From NCBI RefSeq assembly GCF_001194135.2, contig NC_068981.1, positions 189,677,219-189,741,218 on the forward strand: a stretch of DNA of 64,000 nt. The letters run 5' to 3'. The position numbers and the translations under genes are program-made. Positions 26,366-39,365 of the stretch are shown piece by piece (positions within the stretch are counted from its first letter, which is position 1; each line of letters starts with the position of its first letter). Below the pieces are notes generated by a model, which saw nothing but the letters and a program-made list of their open reading frames with translations, had not been told where the DNA came from and searched no databases. Source of the stretch: Octopus bimaculoides. Its lineage: Eukaryota.

Positions 26366-26800
26366 GTTTAACGTCCGTTTTCCAAGCTGGTATGGGTTCT
26401 ACGATTTGACTGAGTATTAGCAAGCCAGAAGGCCGCACCAGGCTCCAATCTGACATGGCAAGGTTTCTACAGCTGGATGCCCTTCCTAACAACAACCACT
26501 CCGAGAGTATTGTGGGTACTTTTTATGTGCCACTGGCACGGGAGCCAATCAGGCAGCACTGACGTTGGCCACATTCGGATGGTGCCTTTTACGTGCTACT
26601 GGCACAGGAGCCAGTCGGGGTGGGGAAGTGGCATCGACCACGTTTGGATGGTGCTTTTTATGTACCACCGGCATGAGTAGCCAGTCTGACAGCTTTGGTA
26701 TCGACCCACACATGAATGGTGCTTATTGTGCCAACAGCACAAGAACCAGTCAGGCGGCACTGGCATCGGCCACAACTACAATTTCCATTTGATTTTGATT
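26325..26800 (-). mobile_element. RTE 3' UTR with (CAT)n tail
   Basis: Family motifs as in the other copies. Confidence 0.85.
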
Positions 26801-26893
26801 TGATTGAGATTCAGATTTTGATTTTGAAAGGCTTGGATGATGCATTTATATAATCTGTACAACTGTTTCATATTAATTATATACTACAATGGT

Positions 26894-27166
26894 CAGTGGC
26901 CGACTGGGTCTGAAAATATTGGTTGCCAGGAGACTAAGGAGACCCATCCGCAACTACATTGCTATCATTTAATTTTTGTTTGTTAAAAGTATTCTTTTCA
27001 ACTATACATAAACACAGCCAGGTTGAAATAATTAATACATTCTTCCAAAAGTGAATAAAAAATTCTCAAACTTGAGGGGATGGGCCCCTTAGATAGTAAC
27101 ATGGGCCCCCATATATGGATTCTAATGGCACATCGGCAAGCTGGTAACCTAGCCAGTCTGCCACTG
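26894..27166. mobile_element. hAT-like MITE
   Basis: TIRs cagtggccgactgg / ccagtctgccactg. Partly matching 8-bp flanks acaatggt / attatggt. Confidence 0.7.
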
Positions 27167-28014
27167 ATTATGGTTAGATCAAAATCAGAAAATATATATT
27201 TTTCATGAAAATTCATTAGTTTTTGAAATATCCTTCCTTTATTATTAATTATGGTCTACAAATGCTAAAATTTCAAGAGATTTATTACGTTGGAAAATTA
27301 TAGCAGATGTTATATCATGAGTTAATACAAGTTTATTCATATCAAGAATGGCAAAACGTATTATATGAAATGAATTCTAAAACATTATGTTGAAAATGAA
27401 ATAATAATAATAATATTAATACTGATATGTACGCACACACANNNNNNNNNNNNNNNNNNNNNNNNNNNNNNNNNNNNNNNNNNNNNNNNNNNNNNNNNNN
27501 NNNNNNNNNNNNNNNNNNNNNNNNNNNNNNNNNNNNNNNNNNNNNNNNNNNNNNNNNNNNNNNNNNNNNNNNNNNNNNNNNNNNNNNNNNNNNNNNNNNN
27601 NNNNNNNNNNNNNNNNNNNNNNNNNNNNNNNNNNNNNNNNNNNNNNNNNNNNNNNNNNNNNNNNNNNNNNNNNNNNNNNNNNNNNNNNNNNNNNNNNNNN
27701 NNNNNNNNNNNNNNNNNNNNNNNNNNNNNNNNNNNNNNNNNNNNNNNNATATATATATATATATATATATAAGGGCATAACTATATTAGAATGCCTCACG
27801 TTAACTACCGTAATAAACACATTTTTACCGAATGCGAGGAAATGCAGCCTGCAAAGAAGTTAGCCTTTTAAAAACAGACTTAACTATAGATCGCCGATTT
27901 CGTGATCATTATAGTAATATATAACCTTCACTCGTCAGTATAGTATAATCAAGACACATAGAAATAAACAAAAAAATCAACATACCAAACGAACATACAC
28001 ATTCTTTCACCATG

Positions 28015-28292
28015 GCTACCAGTAGAATGAAGACTGCCTTGCCTTCCCAGTTGAGGGAAGGTGACAGCAATTGTCACGATAGACTCGGCCAACAGGCAGA
28101 CTCATCCCACATGTGACAGCAGCCGTTCGGCATAAGCCCACAGGTCCGAAATGGTTGGACACTGCACAAGTGTGTGCAGAACGGTTTCGTCGCTCTGACC
28201 GCATCTCAGGCAAGTCAGTCCAGGGTGTCTCGAACTGTGCCTGTAGAGCTTATCCCGGACAGGTAATGCTTCTCGATAGCACTGCCAGGCTA
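28015..28292 (-). mobile_element. L1/Tx1 ORF2 C-terminal zinc-finger fragment
   Basis: Minus frame WQCYREALPVRDKLYRH...CLRCGQSDETVLHTLVQCPTISDLW, typical of the zf-RVT region of L1/Tx1. Confidence 0.85.
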
Positions 28293-28304
28293 TAGATAGA
28301 TAGA

Positions 28305-29360
28305 TGGATTGATTGATAGATATCTTTTTATTATAGCCACACAGGGCTAAATACAGAAAATGGACAAATTACAATGTAGATCTTTTCTTTAGCGGGGAAA
28401 GTGGGGGGGGGATAATTTCGATCAAAAGGGATCGCGGAAAAAAGGGGGGATTTCGATCAATAGGGATCGCGGAAAAANNNNNNNNNNNNNNNNNNNNNNN
28501 NNNNNNNNNNNNNNNNNNNNNNNNNNNNNNNNNNNNNNNNNNNNNNNNNNNNNNNNNNNNNNNNNNNNNNNNNNNNNNNNNNNNNNNNNNNNNNNNNNNN
28601 NNNNNNNNNNNNNNNNNNNNNNNNNNNNNNNNNNNNNNNNNNNNNNNNNNNNNNNNNNNNNNNNNNNNNNNNNNNNNNNNNNNNNNNNNNNNNNNNNNNN
28701 NNNNNNNNNNNNNNNNNNNNNNNNNNNNNNNNNNNNNNNNNNNNNNNNNNNNNNNNNNNNNNNNNNNNNNNNNNNNNNNNNNNNNNNNNNNNNNNNNNNN
28801 NNNNNNNNNNNNNNNNNNNNNNNNNNNNNNNNNNNNNNNNNNNNNNNNNNNNNNNNNNNNNNNNNNNNNNNNNNNNNNNNNNNNNNNNNNNNNNNNNNNN
28901 NNNNNNNNNNNNNNNNNNNNNNNNNNNNNNNNNNNNNNNNNNNNNNNNNNNNNNNNNNNNNNNNNNNNNNNNNNNNNNNNNNNNNNNNNNNNNNNNNNNN
29001 NNNNNNNNNNNNNNNNNNNNNNNNNNNNNNNNNNNNNNNNNNNNNNNNNNNNNNNNNNNNNNNNNNNNNNNNNNNNNNNNNNNNNNNNNNNNNNNNNNNN
29101 NNNNNNNNNNNNNNNNNNNNNNNNNNNNNNNNNNNNNNNNNNNNNNNNNNNNNNNNNNCTTCTCTCGAACTGGTAGTGCGTCCCGATAGCATTGCCAAGC
29201 CATGTATCTCTGGAAATTATCCATAGGCCTCGGCCCGAACGTCGTCTTGAAAAGGCGGGTTAGGAATTTTTCGTCGACACCCAGGTTTGCCCCGAGAGTG
29301 TCGTCAGACCTCCCCTCCACTAGTCCTCTATAGAACGCATTGGTCGTTTGGAAGTTGCAG
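28305..29360 (-). mobile_element. Second 5'-truncated L1/Tx1 copy (ORF2 end, gap, 3' UTR)
   Basis: TTNAFYRGLVEGRSDD...MDNFQRYMAWQCYRDALPVREK at 29360-29160. 3' UTR ending in aataaaaagata(tcta)n near 28305-28330. Confidence 0.8.
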
Positions 29361-29939
29361 ATAGATAGATAGTTAGATAGATAGACAGACAAATGGATAG
29401 ATGGATAGATAGATAGTTGGATGGATAGCTATAAATACAGTTAAATGCATCAGCATTTTCTGTTGTAAATTAATGCAAATTTTTTTTTGATAAATAAACA
29501 TTGAACATTAAATAATGGGATTATAACACTTTTTTTTTTGTTGATGAAGTGTATTTTCTTACTGGTTTACATTTACTGGTTAATGAAATCAAGGAACATC
29601 AGAAAATTCTTGAAATAAAATAAGCCAAAAATGGAATTTTGAAATTTCATTATTTTATTATGGTAGAAATTATATAAATTGTCTTAGGTTCGAGGCAGAG
29701 AAGGAGAGAAAGAGAGAGGGGGGAGAATGAGAGGGATGAGGGGAGGGTAATTTATTTTGCAGAACTTCAACAGTCAAAACTTGAAGTGTGACGAAGAACA
29801 TTATGAATTTGTAATGTCTGAAAGATAATACAAAAAGAAGAAAAAGAATGAAATTGCTTGATTCATTCGTACAAAATTTCTGTGAATCAGATTTGCATTG
29901 TTATTCACTTGTCTTTTTTATTATCTTCTATCTTTTTTC

Positions 29940-30175
29940 TCTTTTACTTGTTTCAGACATTAGACTGTGCCCATGCTGGGGCACCACCTTGGAGAATTCT
30001 TAGCTGAATAAATCGAATCCCCGATACTTATTGCTTTAAAGCCTGGCACATATTCTCTCTGTTTCTTTCGCTGAGCCACTAAGTTATGGGGATGTAAACA
30101 CACCAACAACGGTTGTGAAGTGGCAGTGACAGGCAAACACAGACACGAAAACACACACACATAGATATATAAATA
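29940..30175 (-). mobile_element. SINE family A 3' half, followed by (TCTA)/(TCTG) microsatellite
   Basis: Reverse complement of the family-A tail. Confidence 0.75.
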
Positions 30176-30223
30176 TATGCATACATGTATCTATCTATCT
30201 ATCTATCTATCTGTGTGTCTGTG

Positions 30224-30257
<34 letters not shown>

Positions 30258-31529
30258 TCTACCTATCTATCTGCCTCTCTGTCTGTCTGTCTGCCGGCCT
30301 GTCTGTCTATCTGCCTGTTTGCCTGCCTGCCTGTCTGTCTGCTTATCTATCTATCTATATACAATGACGATTTATATCCCTTCAATTAGGGCAATGAGAT
30401 CATACAAACGTTAAAGATGCAGAAAAGCAGACAGAAAGAAGGAATAGGAACAATTAAACTAATTATGATCCAACATTGCCATATACCATATTTACGGTCT
30501 TACGAGCGATCTTTAGAACTTCTGTGTAGTTCTTAAGCTGTAAACATCTTAAGGTAGAAGTTAAACCTCCTTCAAGAAACTTGAAAACGAAGTCCATGGA
30601 TTTTAAATCATTAATCACATCACCATTGTCGTCGTCATCGTCATCATAATTGCCACCATCATCAATATTGTAACAGATCCATAATAAAGACTGGACAAAC
30701 ATTGTTAGAAATGGCAAATTGATTGTAACATTAGATCAGAGACCTCAGTGTGATATGGCTACTTGATATGAACTGACTCAAGGCAAACCATTGGCCGCAG
30801 CAACAACAACGGCAACAATAGAAATCATCTACATTTACACTATAATGAAGAAAACTGCTTATTACTTAAGTATGTAACAATTACATACAATCGGGGATCG
30901 AGCGATCGGAGGGCGTTTATTCATTATTATTATTTCCGTTACACATACCATTATGTCTTTGTCCAACCCACAGCTTCTTTTTCGTCTATGTAAGGCCGTC
31001 ATGGCCAATGAAATGGAATAAAGTATATAACAATTACTAAAAGTACTAAAAGAAAGCAATTATCTAAGGGTTGACCTTCTGGAAATATTTTTATAAATTC
31101 ATTTTCTAAGAAATTTCCTATAATTTCGATTTCTCAAGTTAATTGAATTTTTTAATATTCATTGCATTCACTGCATCCAATTCTTCACAAATTTAAATAT
31201 TCATTGCATTCTTTGCGGACTATTCAATTTTTATTTGCAAAGTCTCGCTTTCTCTTTTAATGTTTTCATTTCAAGTTTTAATTCACTATTTGGAAAACTG
31301 ACAGTTTATTTTGTTAATGTATACGTAATGTAAAAACGTTATTTATTAAATGAAAGGATCTTTTCTGTTTGGTTGCCAGCGGTGCAAACATCAATTTTCT
31401 GTTCGAATTGATTTCATATTCAGTGTAATGACACACTTTTATAAGCTGATTAATGACTTGAAAGTAATTTTCGCCATAAATCAATAAATAAAGAATTATT
31501 AGTAATTAAAGTTTGAAAATTTGGGGTAA

Positions 31530-31665
31530 TTTTAGCCAATCGTAAGCCACAGGCACATTCATGACTGTTTCGATAGTAACAAGCGGACACATGAGAACTC
31601 TTTTGCCTGTTGCCATAGTAACAGTTTCTGAAAAGTCTTTTATTTGCGAGGAAGCACGTGTTGAG
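31530..31665. promoter_or_regulatory. Candidate promoter/enhancer with two RFX X-box motifs, a CCAAT box and an E-box
   Basis: gttgccatagtaac (31609-31622) fits GTNRCC-N0-3-RGYAAC. A weaker gtttcgatagtaac lies at 31567-31580, gccaatc near 31535, and cacgtg at 31655-31660, all in non-repeat sequence. Confidence 0.4.
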
Positions 31666-32214
31666 AAATGTTTGTTTACTCGTTTCTTTTTGTCACTGAG
31701 CATTGAAGTGGTTGTGAGGTGTGCTAAAAATAACAGCTAAATAAGATTTGTTTGATAAATCTGTTAAATTAAAGTTTATTTGCCAACATCTCGCTCAGAG
31801 ATTTAAAACTAACTGTTTTTTTCTCTTTTAAAGTAACATGAACATTTATTTACAGAAAATTACCAGAGAACTTTCATTTAATTCTACAACAGACGTTAAA
31901 CATTAAACGATGTAATTAATTCAAAAATGCTGCAAAACCTTGTTCCAAGTTTGTTATCCTTATATATAGATATAAGACTTTTTCATTTATTTACTTCTCA
32001 AAATCTTCCTTAATATGACTTCCTTCCATTTAATAATATGTTGTTTATATTTTTCTAGATCACAAGATGATTAAATAAATGCACATCAGGTTTGCTTGTG
32101 TGTTTAAGAATGTTGCTTGGCAACTGTATGGTCCTGGATTCGATACCACAATGTAGTACGTTGGGTATGTCTGCCTATACCACTTCCAGCATCCCTGCTA
32201 CTTTTGAAATCTGG

Positions 32215-32500
32215 CCTGTCGTCGTCATCATCATCCTTTAACGTCTGTTTTCCATGCCTGCATAGATTGGATGGTCTGACAGGAGCTGGTATGGCCTGGG
32301 ACCACACTCAGGCTCCGTAGTCTGTTTTCGCATGTTTTCTACAGCTTGATGTCCTTCTCAATGCCAACCACTTTCTAGCCTCTAAGGGGTGCTTTTTATG
32401 TGGCACCAACACCAGTGATTTTTACAAGGCACCAGCACCAGTGTTTTTATGTAGCACCAACACCAACAGGGCCACCAAATAACTTGCAAGACAAAAACCT
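32215..32500 (-). mobile_element. RTE 3'-UTR fragment
   Basis: tcatcctttaacgtctg tail and family motifs. Confidence 0.75.
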
Positions 32501-32654
32501 CTTCAGCTGGAAAGAAGGAGTAACAGTGAGGGTGGTGGTGGCTTTGTTTCAGTTATGAGAGATTAGAGATTTAAAGGGACAAGAGTAGGCATCTTGCTGT
32601 AGAGAATAAAGAAAGTGGGGTGAGTTAGAGAGTAATATTGTGGACATTAAAGAG

Positions 32655-33378
32655 GGTGGTGAGCTGGTAGGATTGTTAGCATGCTGGACGAAATGCTTGG
32701 TGGTATTTCATCCATCTTTATGGTTTCACTTGAAATGTTGCCGAGGTCGACTTTGCCGTTCATCCTTTTTGGGGGTTGATAAAATAAGTACCAGTTGAGT
32801 ACTGGGGTCGATGTAATCAACGTAGCCACCTCCTCCGAAATTGCTGGCCTTGTGCCAAAATGTGAAATGATATTGTATATATGAACTTCTTTGTTTTATT
32901 TCAGTAAAAATTAATCTCAGAGTTGAAGCAATAAAAATTATGTTGAAAGCGGCGAGCTGGCAGAAACATTAGCATGCCAGGTGACATGCTTAGCGGTATT
33001 TCGTCTGCCGTTACGTTCTGGGTTCAAATTCGGCCGAGGTTGACTTTGCCTTTCATCCTTTTGGGGTCGATTAAATAAGTACCAGTTATGCACTGGGGTA
33101 AATATAATCGACTTAATACGTTTGTCTGTCCTTGTTTGTACCCTCTGTGTGTAGCCCCTTGTGGGTAGTAAAGAAATAAGAAACGTTATCACGCTGAGCA
33201 AAATGCTTAGCAGTATTTTGTCTGTCTTTATGTTCTGAGTTCAAATTCCACCGAGGTCGACTTTGCCTTTCATCCTTTCAGGGTCGATAAATTAAGTACC
33301 AGTTGCATACTGGAGTCGATCTAATCGGCTGGTTCCCTCCCTGCAAAATTTTGGGCCTTGTGCCTAGAACAGAAAAGA
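32655..33378 (+). mobile_element. Cluster of three SINE family B copies
   Basis: Heads at about 32657 and 32948, and a third core at about 33190-33378. Confidence 0.88.
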
Positions 33379-35399
33379 GTAAAAATAATGTTGATTAATT
33401 CTCAAAAACCCCCCAAAAAAAAAATTAAATTTAATAAATATATATATATATTATTGTAAAAAGCCAGTGTTATATAAAGAACTGTACAGAGAAGAATAGA
33501 AAAATTACCAAAACATATTTCAGTAAAAAAAAAAAATATATATATGTATATATTAAAGAGGTTAGCATAGGATGAAAAAAAATCTTGTCAATCTTTACAA
33601 ATTTAATACATTTCTTATGTCTGTTATAAAACCAGGAGAACAAAATCATGATGCCTATTCCTATTATATTGATGTCCAATAATTGTTAAAATTTGCTGTA
33701 TTTAGAAAATATTTTTGCATTAAATATTATTTTGGGAAGCAGTCTATTTGAAAATGAAACAGCTGACAATAGCAGCTATGCAAATTGCACTCCTGCTAAC
33801 TATAAACTATTTCATTTTACATCGTATTTCCTCTGGGAATTTTGTATGTTGAACTGGTAAAATCTGTCTTTGATACAATAATATAATAATATTTTTCCCC
33901 CATAAAGTTGTACCTTGTGTTAAAAGTTTCCATTTTAATGTATAATCTAAGGTTAATTCTATGATGAAATATATTTTTATCATTGTCATTCTTCCAAATT
34001 TTAAAAATATTCCTTTCTGCATAATTTTAATTTATCACAAAACTGATATTGCATAGCTCAAAAGTTTATTATTGAAATATTTCCATTGAATTTATCATTT
34101 CATGTGTATTTCTGCTATTGTTTATTACTTATTTTTACTTTTTATTGTACCTATGACAGAAACAACATTTTGTAATATTGTAATGAATCAGTGAAAACAA
34201 AATTACAGAAACTACGATCCTATATAGAAAATATGAAAAGTATAAGAGATCATAAAATGAAGGTGTTTATACTCAAGAGACTCAGCTTGCTGGGTACTAT
34301 AATGGAAATTTTTTATTTGGTCGAGAAAAGAACCAGAGAAAACATATTAAAAGAACAATTGTTTGCCAGCAATTTGGAAGCTAATAGCAAATATCTTCCT
34401 AATTACACTTTGTTACAAATGGACCAATGAAATATTAAGGCAATAAAATGCTTCCAATTTATAATGGGTTTTATTTCAAAAATATGATATTTGTGCATGC
34501 GACTTAGTTATATAAACCAGCAATGGAGTCTCTGTGTAGTCATTTAAACTGCTAGAAATAGCACCCAAATCTACCTGAAGTTCTAAAATCACATTCTACC
34601 GTCTTAAAATGCAAAGACATATTGCATAATGTAGTCCTAGATATACTATGGCAAAAATGCTAGAATGATTATGATCATAGGTCTACTCCATGAGGATCTT
34701 CTTAGGGCTAGCAGCAGCAGCAACAAAGGCTGTTGCTGCTGCTGCTGCTATTACTACTACTACTGCTGCTACTACTATTACTACTACTGCTGCTGCTGCT
34801 ACTACATAAGGTAACATGAATAACGCAAAGCATGTTTCTTCCAGTGCTTTAACAATTCTGTTAGATTACTGCCATAAAATTGCCATTCAATAAAGAGGGA
34901 TTTCTTAGAAGCACTGAATCACATATTTTGAGGGGGGAGTATATGGAATCTATGAAATTGTCCCCAGAATTTCATTTGTATTATTTGTTAGAAAGATCAA
35001 AGACAGAAATGAACTTTAGACTCGGCTCAACTCCCAACACAGAAGACTGTATGTAAATTCTGTAAAATATGTTTTTCCTGGTGCTCTTCTAAGTAATTCT
35101 AACAATCCACCCACCATTTTTGCCAAGCCACCACCACCACCACCACCACTGCTGCTGCCACCACTGCTACTACTACAATGTTTGTATACATTAAATAAAT
35201 ACATAAATAAATAAATAATGATGACTTAATTTATTACTCAATAAAACTGGTATTTCATGGATATAGATGCATGTTTATATAACAAAACAGAACGTGATAA
35301 AATCTTTTGTTATTCTAATTGAACCAAATGTTAAAATTATGAATTTTTATAAATAATTTGTATAGATTTTTTTTATATGAATGGATGTGATGAAAGGTT

Positions 35400-36122
35400 T
35401 TCATCATAATCATTATCATCGTTTAACGTCTGCTTTCCATGCTGGGATGGGTTAGACGATTTGACTGAGGACTGGCAAGACAGGAGGCCACATCAGGCAC
35501 CAGTCTGATCTGGCAAAGTTTCTACAGCTGGATGCTTTTCCTAACGCCAACCACTCCGAGAGTGTAGTGGGTGCTTTTTACATGCCACCGGTGCAGGAGC
35601 CAGTCAGGCGGCACTGTCGTTGATTGCGCTCGAATGGTACTCTTTACATGCCACTGGCACGGAACCAGTCAGCTGGTACTGGCACCAACCATGCTCAAAT
35701 GGTGCTTTTCACATGCCACTGGCACAGGTGCCAATCGGGTAGTACTGTCATCAGCCACAACAGCAACTTCACTTAACTCAACAGGTCTTCACAAGCGCAG
35801 TTTATTGCTCAATGATTAAAGGGTACTCTTAAATGGACCAGTTATGCTGCACTGGCATAGATCACGATTATGGTCTCACTTGGTTTGCCGGGTCTTCTCA
35901 AGCACAGCATATCTCCAAAGGTCTCGGTCACTTGTCATCGTCTCGGTGAGGCCTAACATTCAAAGGTTGTGCTTCACCACCTTATCTGAGGTCTTCCTGG
36001 GTCTACCTCTTCCACAGGTTCCCTCTCCTGCTAGAGTGTGACACTTTTTCACACAGCTGTCCTCATCCATACACAACACATGACCATACCAGCGCAGTAG
36101 TCTCTCTTGCACACCACATCTA
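35400..36122 (-). mobile_element. 5'-truncated RTE LINE: ORF2 C-terminus plus the full minisatellite 3' UTR
   Basis: RCGVQERLLRWYGHVLCMDEDSCVKKCHTL..GTCGRGRPRKT..KVV..L.MLGLTETMTSDRDLWRYAVLEKTRQ at 36122-35865 (RTE LRWxGHV...RGRP signature), then the UTR and (ATG)n tail. Confidence 0.92.
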
Positions 36123-36384
36123 CTGCTTGGTTTTCCTTAGTATCTTTACTTATGGATGGCGTTCCAACCCTGACTATTCCATTACAAACAGTGAGGAATT
36201 TATATTCGTAGCACGATTAAAGAATAAGTTAACATATCGATACCTCAACTTGATATTGTATCATGTGGACGAATAAATTCAATCAATTATTGAAAAGATG
36301 GAATGAGGAGAGAAGAATTGACTGGATTTCTGATATAGATCTAAGTTATAGGTTGATCTTTAGAAGAACTAACTCGTAGTATAA

Positions 36385-37440
36385 TTGGTCAAGAATGGGT
36401 CTGTGGTATGAAGCTTGTTTCCCAACCACATGGTTTCAGATTCAGTCTCACTGTGGTACCTTGGGCAAGTGTCTTCCACTAACCTTGGGCTAACCAAAGC
36501 CTTGCGAGTGGATTTGGTAGACAGAAACAGAAAGAAGCCCGTCGTATATTTATGTATATATNNNNNNNNNNNNNNNNNNNNNNNNNNNNNNNNNNNNNNN
36601 NNNNNNNNNNNNNNNNNNNNNNNNNNNNNNNNNNNNNNNNNNNNNNNNNNNNNNNNNNNNNNNNNNNNNNNNNNNNNNNNNNNNNNNNNNNNNNNNNNNN
36701 NNNNNNNNNNNNNNNNNNNNNNNNNNNNNNNNNNNNNNNNNNNNNNNNNNNNNNNNNNNNNNNNNNNNNNNNNNNNNNNNNNNNNNNNNNNNNNNNNNNN
36801 NNNNNNNNNNNNNNNNNNNNNNNNNNNNNNNNNNNNNNNNNNNNNNNNNNNNNNNNNNNNNNNNNNNNNNNNNNNNNNNNNNNNNNNNNNNNNNNNNNNN
36901 NNNNNNNNNNNNNNNNNNNNNNNNNNNNNNNNNNNNNNNNNNNNNNNNNNNNNNNNNNNNNNNNNNNNNNNNNNNNNNNNNNNNNNNNTATATATATATA
37001 TATGTTGATGTATATGTTTGTGTGTTTGTGGTTGTCTCCCAACCATCGCTTGACAACCGATGTTGATGTGTTTATACCCCCGTAACTTAGCAGTTCGGCA
37101 AAGGAAACTGATGGAATAAGTACTAGGATTACAAAGAATAAGTTCTGGGTCATTTTGTCTAACTAAAGGCAGTGGTGCTCCAGCATGGCTGCAGTCAAAT
37201 GACTGAAACAAGTAAAAGAATGTGTTCGTGTGCGTGTGTTTGTCCCACACCATCTCTTGACAACTGGTGTTGGTGTGTTTACATCTCCCTAACTTAGCAG
37301 TTTGGCAAAAGAAACTGATAGAATAAATACCAGGCTTACAAAGAATAAGTACTGGGGTCGATTTCTTTGACTAAAAATTCAAGGTGGGGCTCCAGCATGG
37401 CCACAGTCTAATGAGTGAAACAAGTAAAAGAATAAAAGAA
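36385..37440 (+). mobile_element. SINE family A spanning a gap, with a duplicated 3' half
   Basis: Head at 36385-36550. Two successive tails at about 37010-37220 and 37225-37440. Confidence 0.85.
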
Positions 37441-38824
37441 CATAAAACTAGAAACATCGTAAAATGAGTCGGGAAAGAGGTTCGGATTGAAAGAAAGAAT
37501 AATAAATGAGTAAGGAGAAATACTTCCAACTAAAATAGTAGATATTGGGGAAAAAATTATAAGATAACATGGAATAAAAGATATCAGGAATGAACTGAAA
37601 TAACATGTCAGAAGAAGAAGAAGCTAGAAGGGTTAAATGGACTCTAAACCATTGTTAGAAAATGATAAGAGGTGTTGCGTGTGTGGTAGTCGTGGTGGTG
37701 TCATGGTAGCTGCTGTTGTTTTTGCTGGTGAATAAAAATACATTTCTAAGGCTGCGTGAAGAAGTAACTAATAATACTAGTGAACAATTAGCAGAAGATT
37801 TAATCACTAACAGACGATTTAAGAACATTAACAGAAGATTTAAGCACATAGTTTTTAACAAATACTAACAGTGGCAATGATACACCAGGAGAGACATACT
37901 ACTGGGATAAATGATAAATTAATTGATGTAGCCATCTGTGCCTCGTCCATCGCAACTGGAAAATAATTGTGCTATATTTGTGATAATGAAAATTCTGATT
38001 ACCATCTGCCATCTGTCTTAATTGACAGGAATTGAAGACGAGAATGGAGATAGCCGCAGCTGCGTCAACATTCTGTGATTATTGTCAAAAAATCATCTTT
38101 ATATATAGGGCACAAGGAGAAAGTTCTAGAAAATCAAATTACATGATGGTTTGACAATGAATGGCTGCTTAACCCATTGCTTGCCATGAGCCCCATTTGA
38201 GGATCTGCTAAAACAGTCTCTCTGCCGGTTGTTTGTTGTATTTGAATTAAATTGCTTATGTACATTAAATTTGCAGAGATGTGTTTAACGATATTTAGTA
38301 GTTAAACTTTGCCATTATTAGCTCTGGCTAATTCTAGAGGACGTTTTATGTTATAAATCACAATTTTTGAATGACAAAAATATTGACTGTTTTGAAAACG
38401 TTTTTCTTTGCATTTCCCATCAATATCTCGCATCTGATACTATAGTTTAAAAAAAAAAACTAAAATGTTTATTATTGGAATTGAATAGAAAAGGATGAAT
38501 ATGCTTTTATTCTCAGTGATACCCTTTTGGGACTTTTTGAAAAATTTATCATAATTTCCAAAATAATTAACCTATGAAGAAAATTTAAATACCATATATA
38601 ATTTTAACTCCTAAGACCCTGGCAAAACTAAAAATTATGAATAAAAAAGTTTGGCAGTTAATAGGTTAATAGACCAATCATGTAAAACTACTGTAGTTTG
38701 GTCATAATGTCTGCTAGGGTACCTTGCAATTCGGTTTTGAATCACCACTACAGAAATGAATGTGAGGTTGTGAGTGAGATTTTATACATGGCAAATGTGT
38801 TGAAGCTTTTGTAGATATGTGTGA

Positions 38825-39365
38825 ATTTTAGTGACCGAGACCTTTGGCGATATGCTGTGCTTGTGAGGACCCGTCAAGCCAAGTGAAACCGTAGTCGTGG
38901 TATGTATAAAGCACCTTTCAAGCATTGGGCCTCACGGAGGCAATGACAAATGACCAAGACCTTTTGGCAATATACCATGTTTGAGTAGAAGACCCATCAA
39001 GCCAAGTGAAACCGTAGTCATGGCTGATGCTGGTGTTACATAACTGGCACCCATGCTGATGGCACGTCGAGTGTTGGGCCTCATGGAGGCACTGATCAAG
39101 ACGTAAGAAGAAAACCCTTCAAGCTGAGCAATATCTCAGTTGTGGCAGGTACCAGTGTCATGCAAATGGCACCTGTGCTGGTGGCATGTAAAAGCACCCA
39201 TTACACTCTCGGAGTGGGTGGTGTTAGGAAGGGCATCTAGCTATAGAAAACCATGCCTAATCTGTTGGAGTCTGGAGCAGCCTCCCGGCGTGCCAGCCCA
39301 GTTAAACCGTCCAACTCATGCCAGCATGGACAACTGACATTAAAAGATGATGATGATGATGATGT
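38825..39365 (+). mobile_element. RTE LINE 3' end
   Basis: gtgaccgagacctttggcgatatgctgtgctt (the DRDLWRYAVL segment, duplicated), ggaagggcatc motif, and (GAT)n tail. Confidence 0.85.

Noticed and set aside
26998-27216. 72-aa minus-strand ORF that looked like part of the decayed gene
   Set aside because: It lies largely inside a hAT-like MITE (26894-27166).
34191-34430. 79-aa plus-strand ORF
   Set aside because: There is no recognisable motif or convincing splice site, and a competing frame looks equally plausible.
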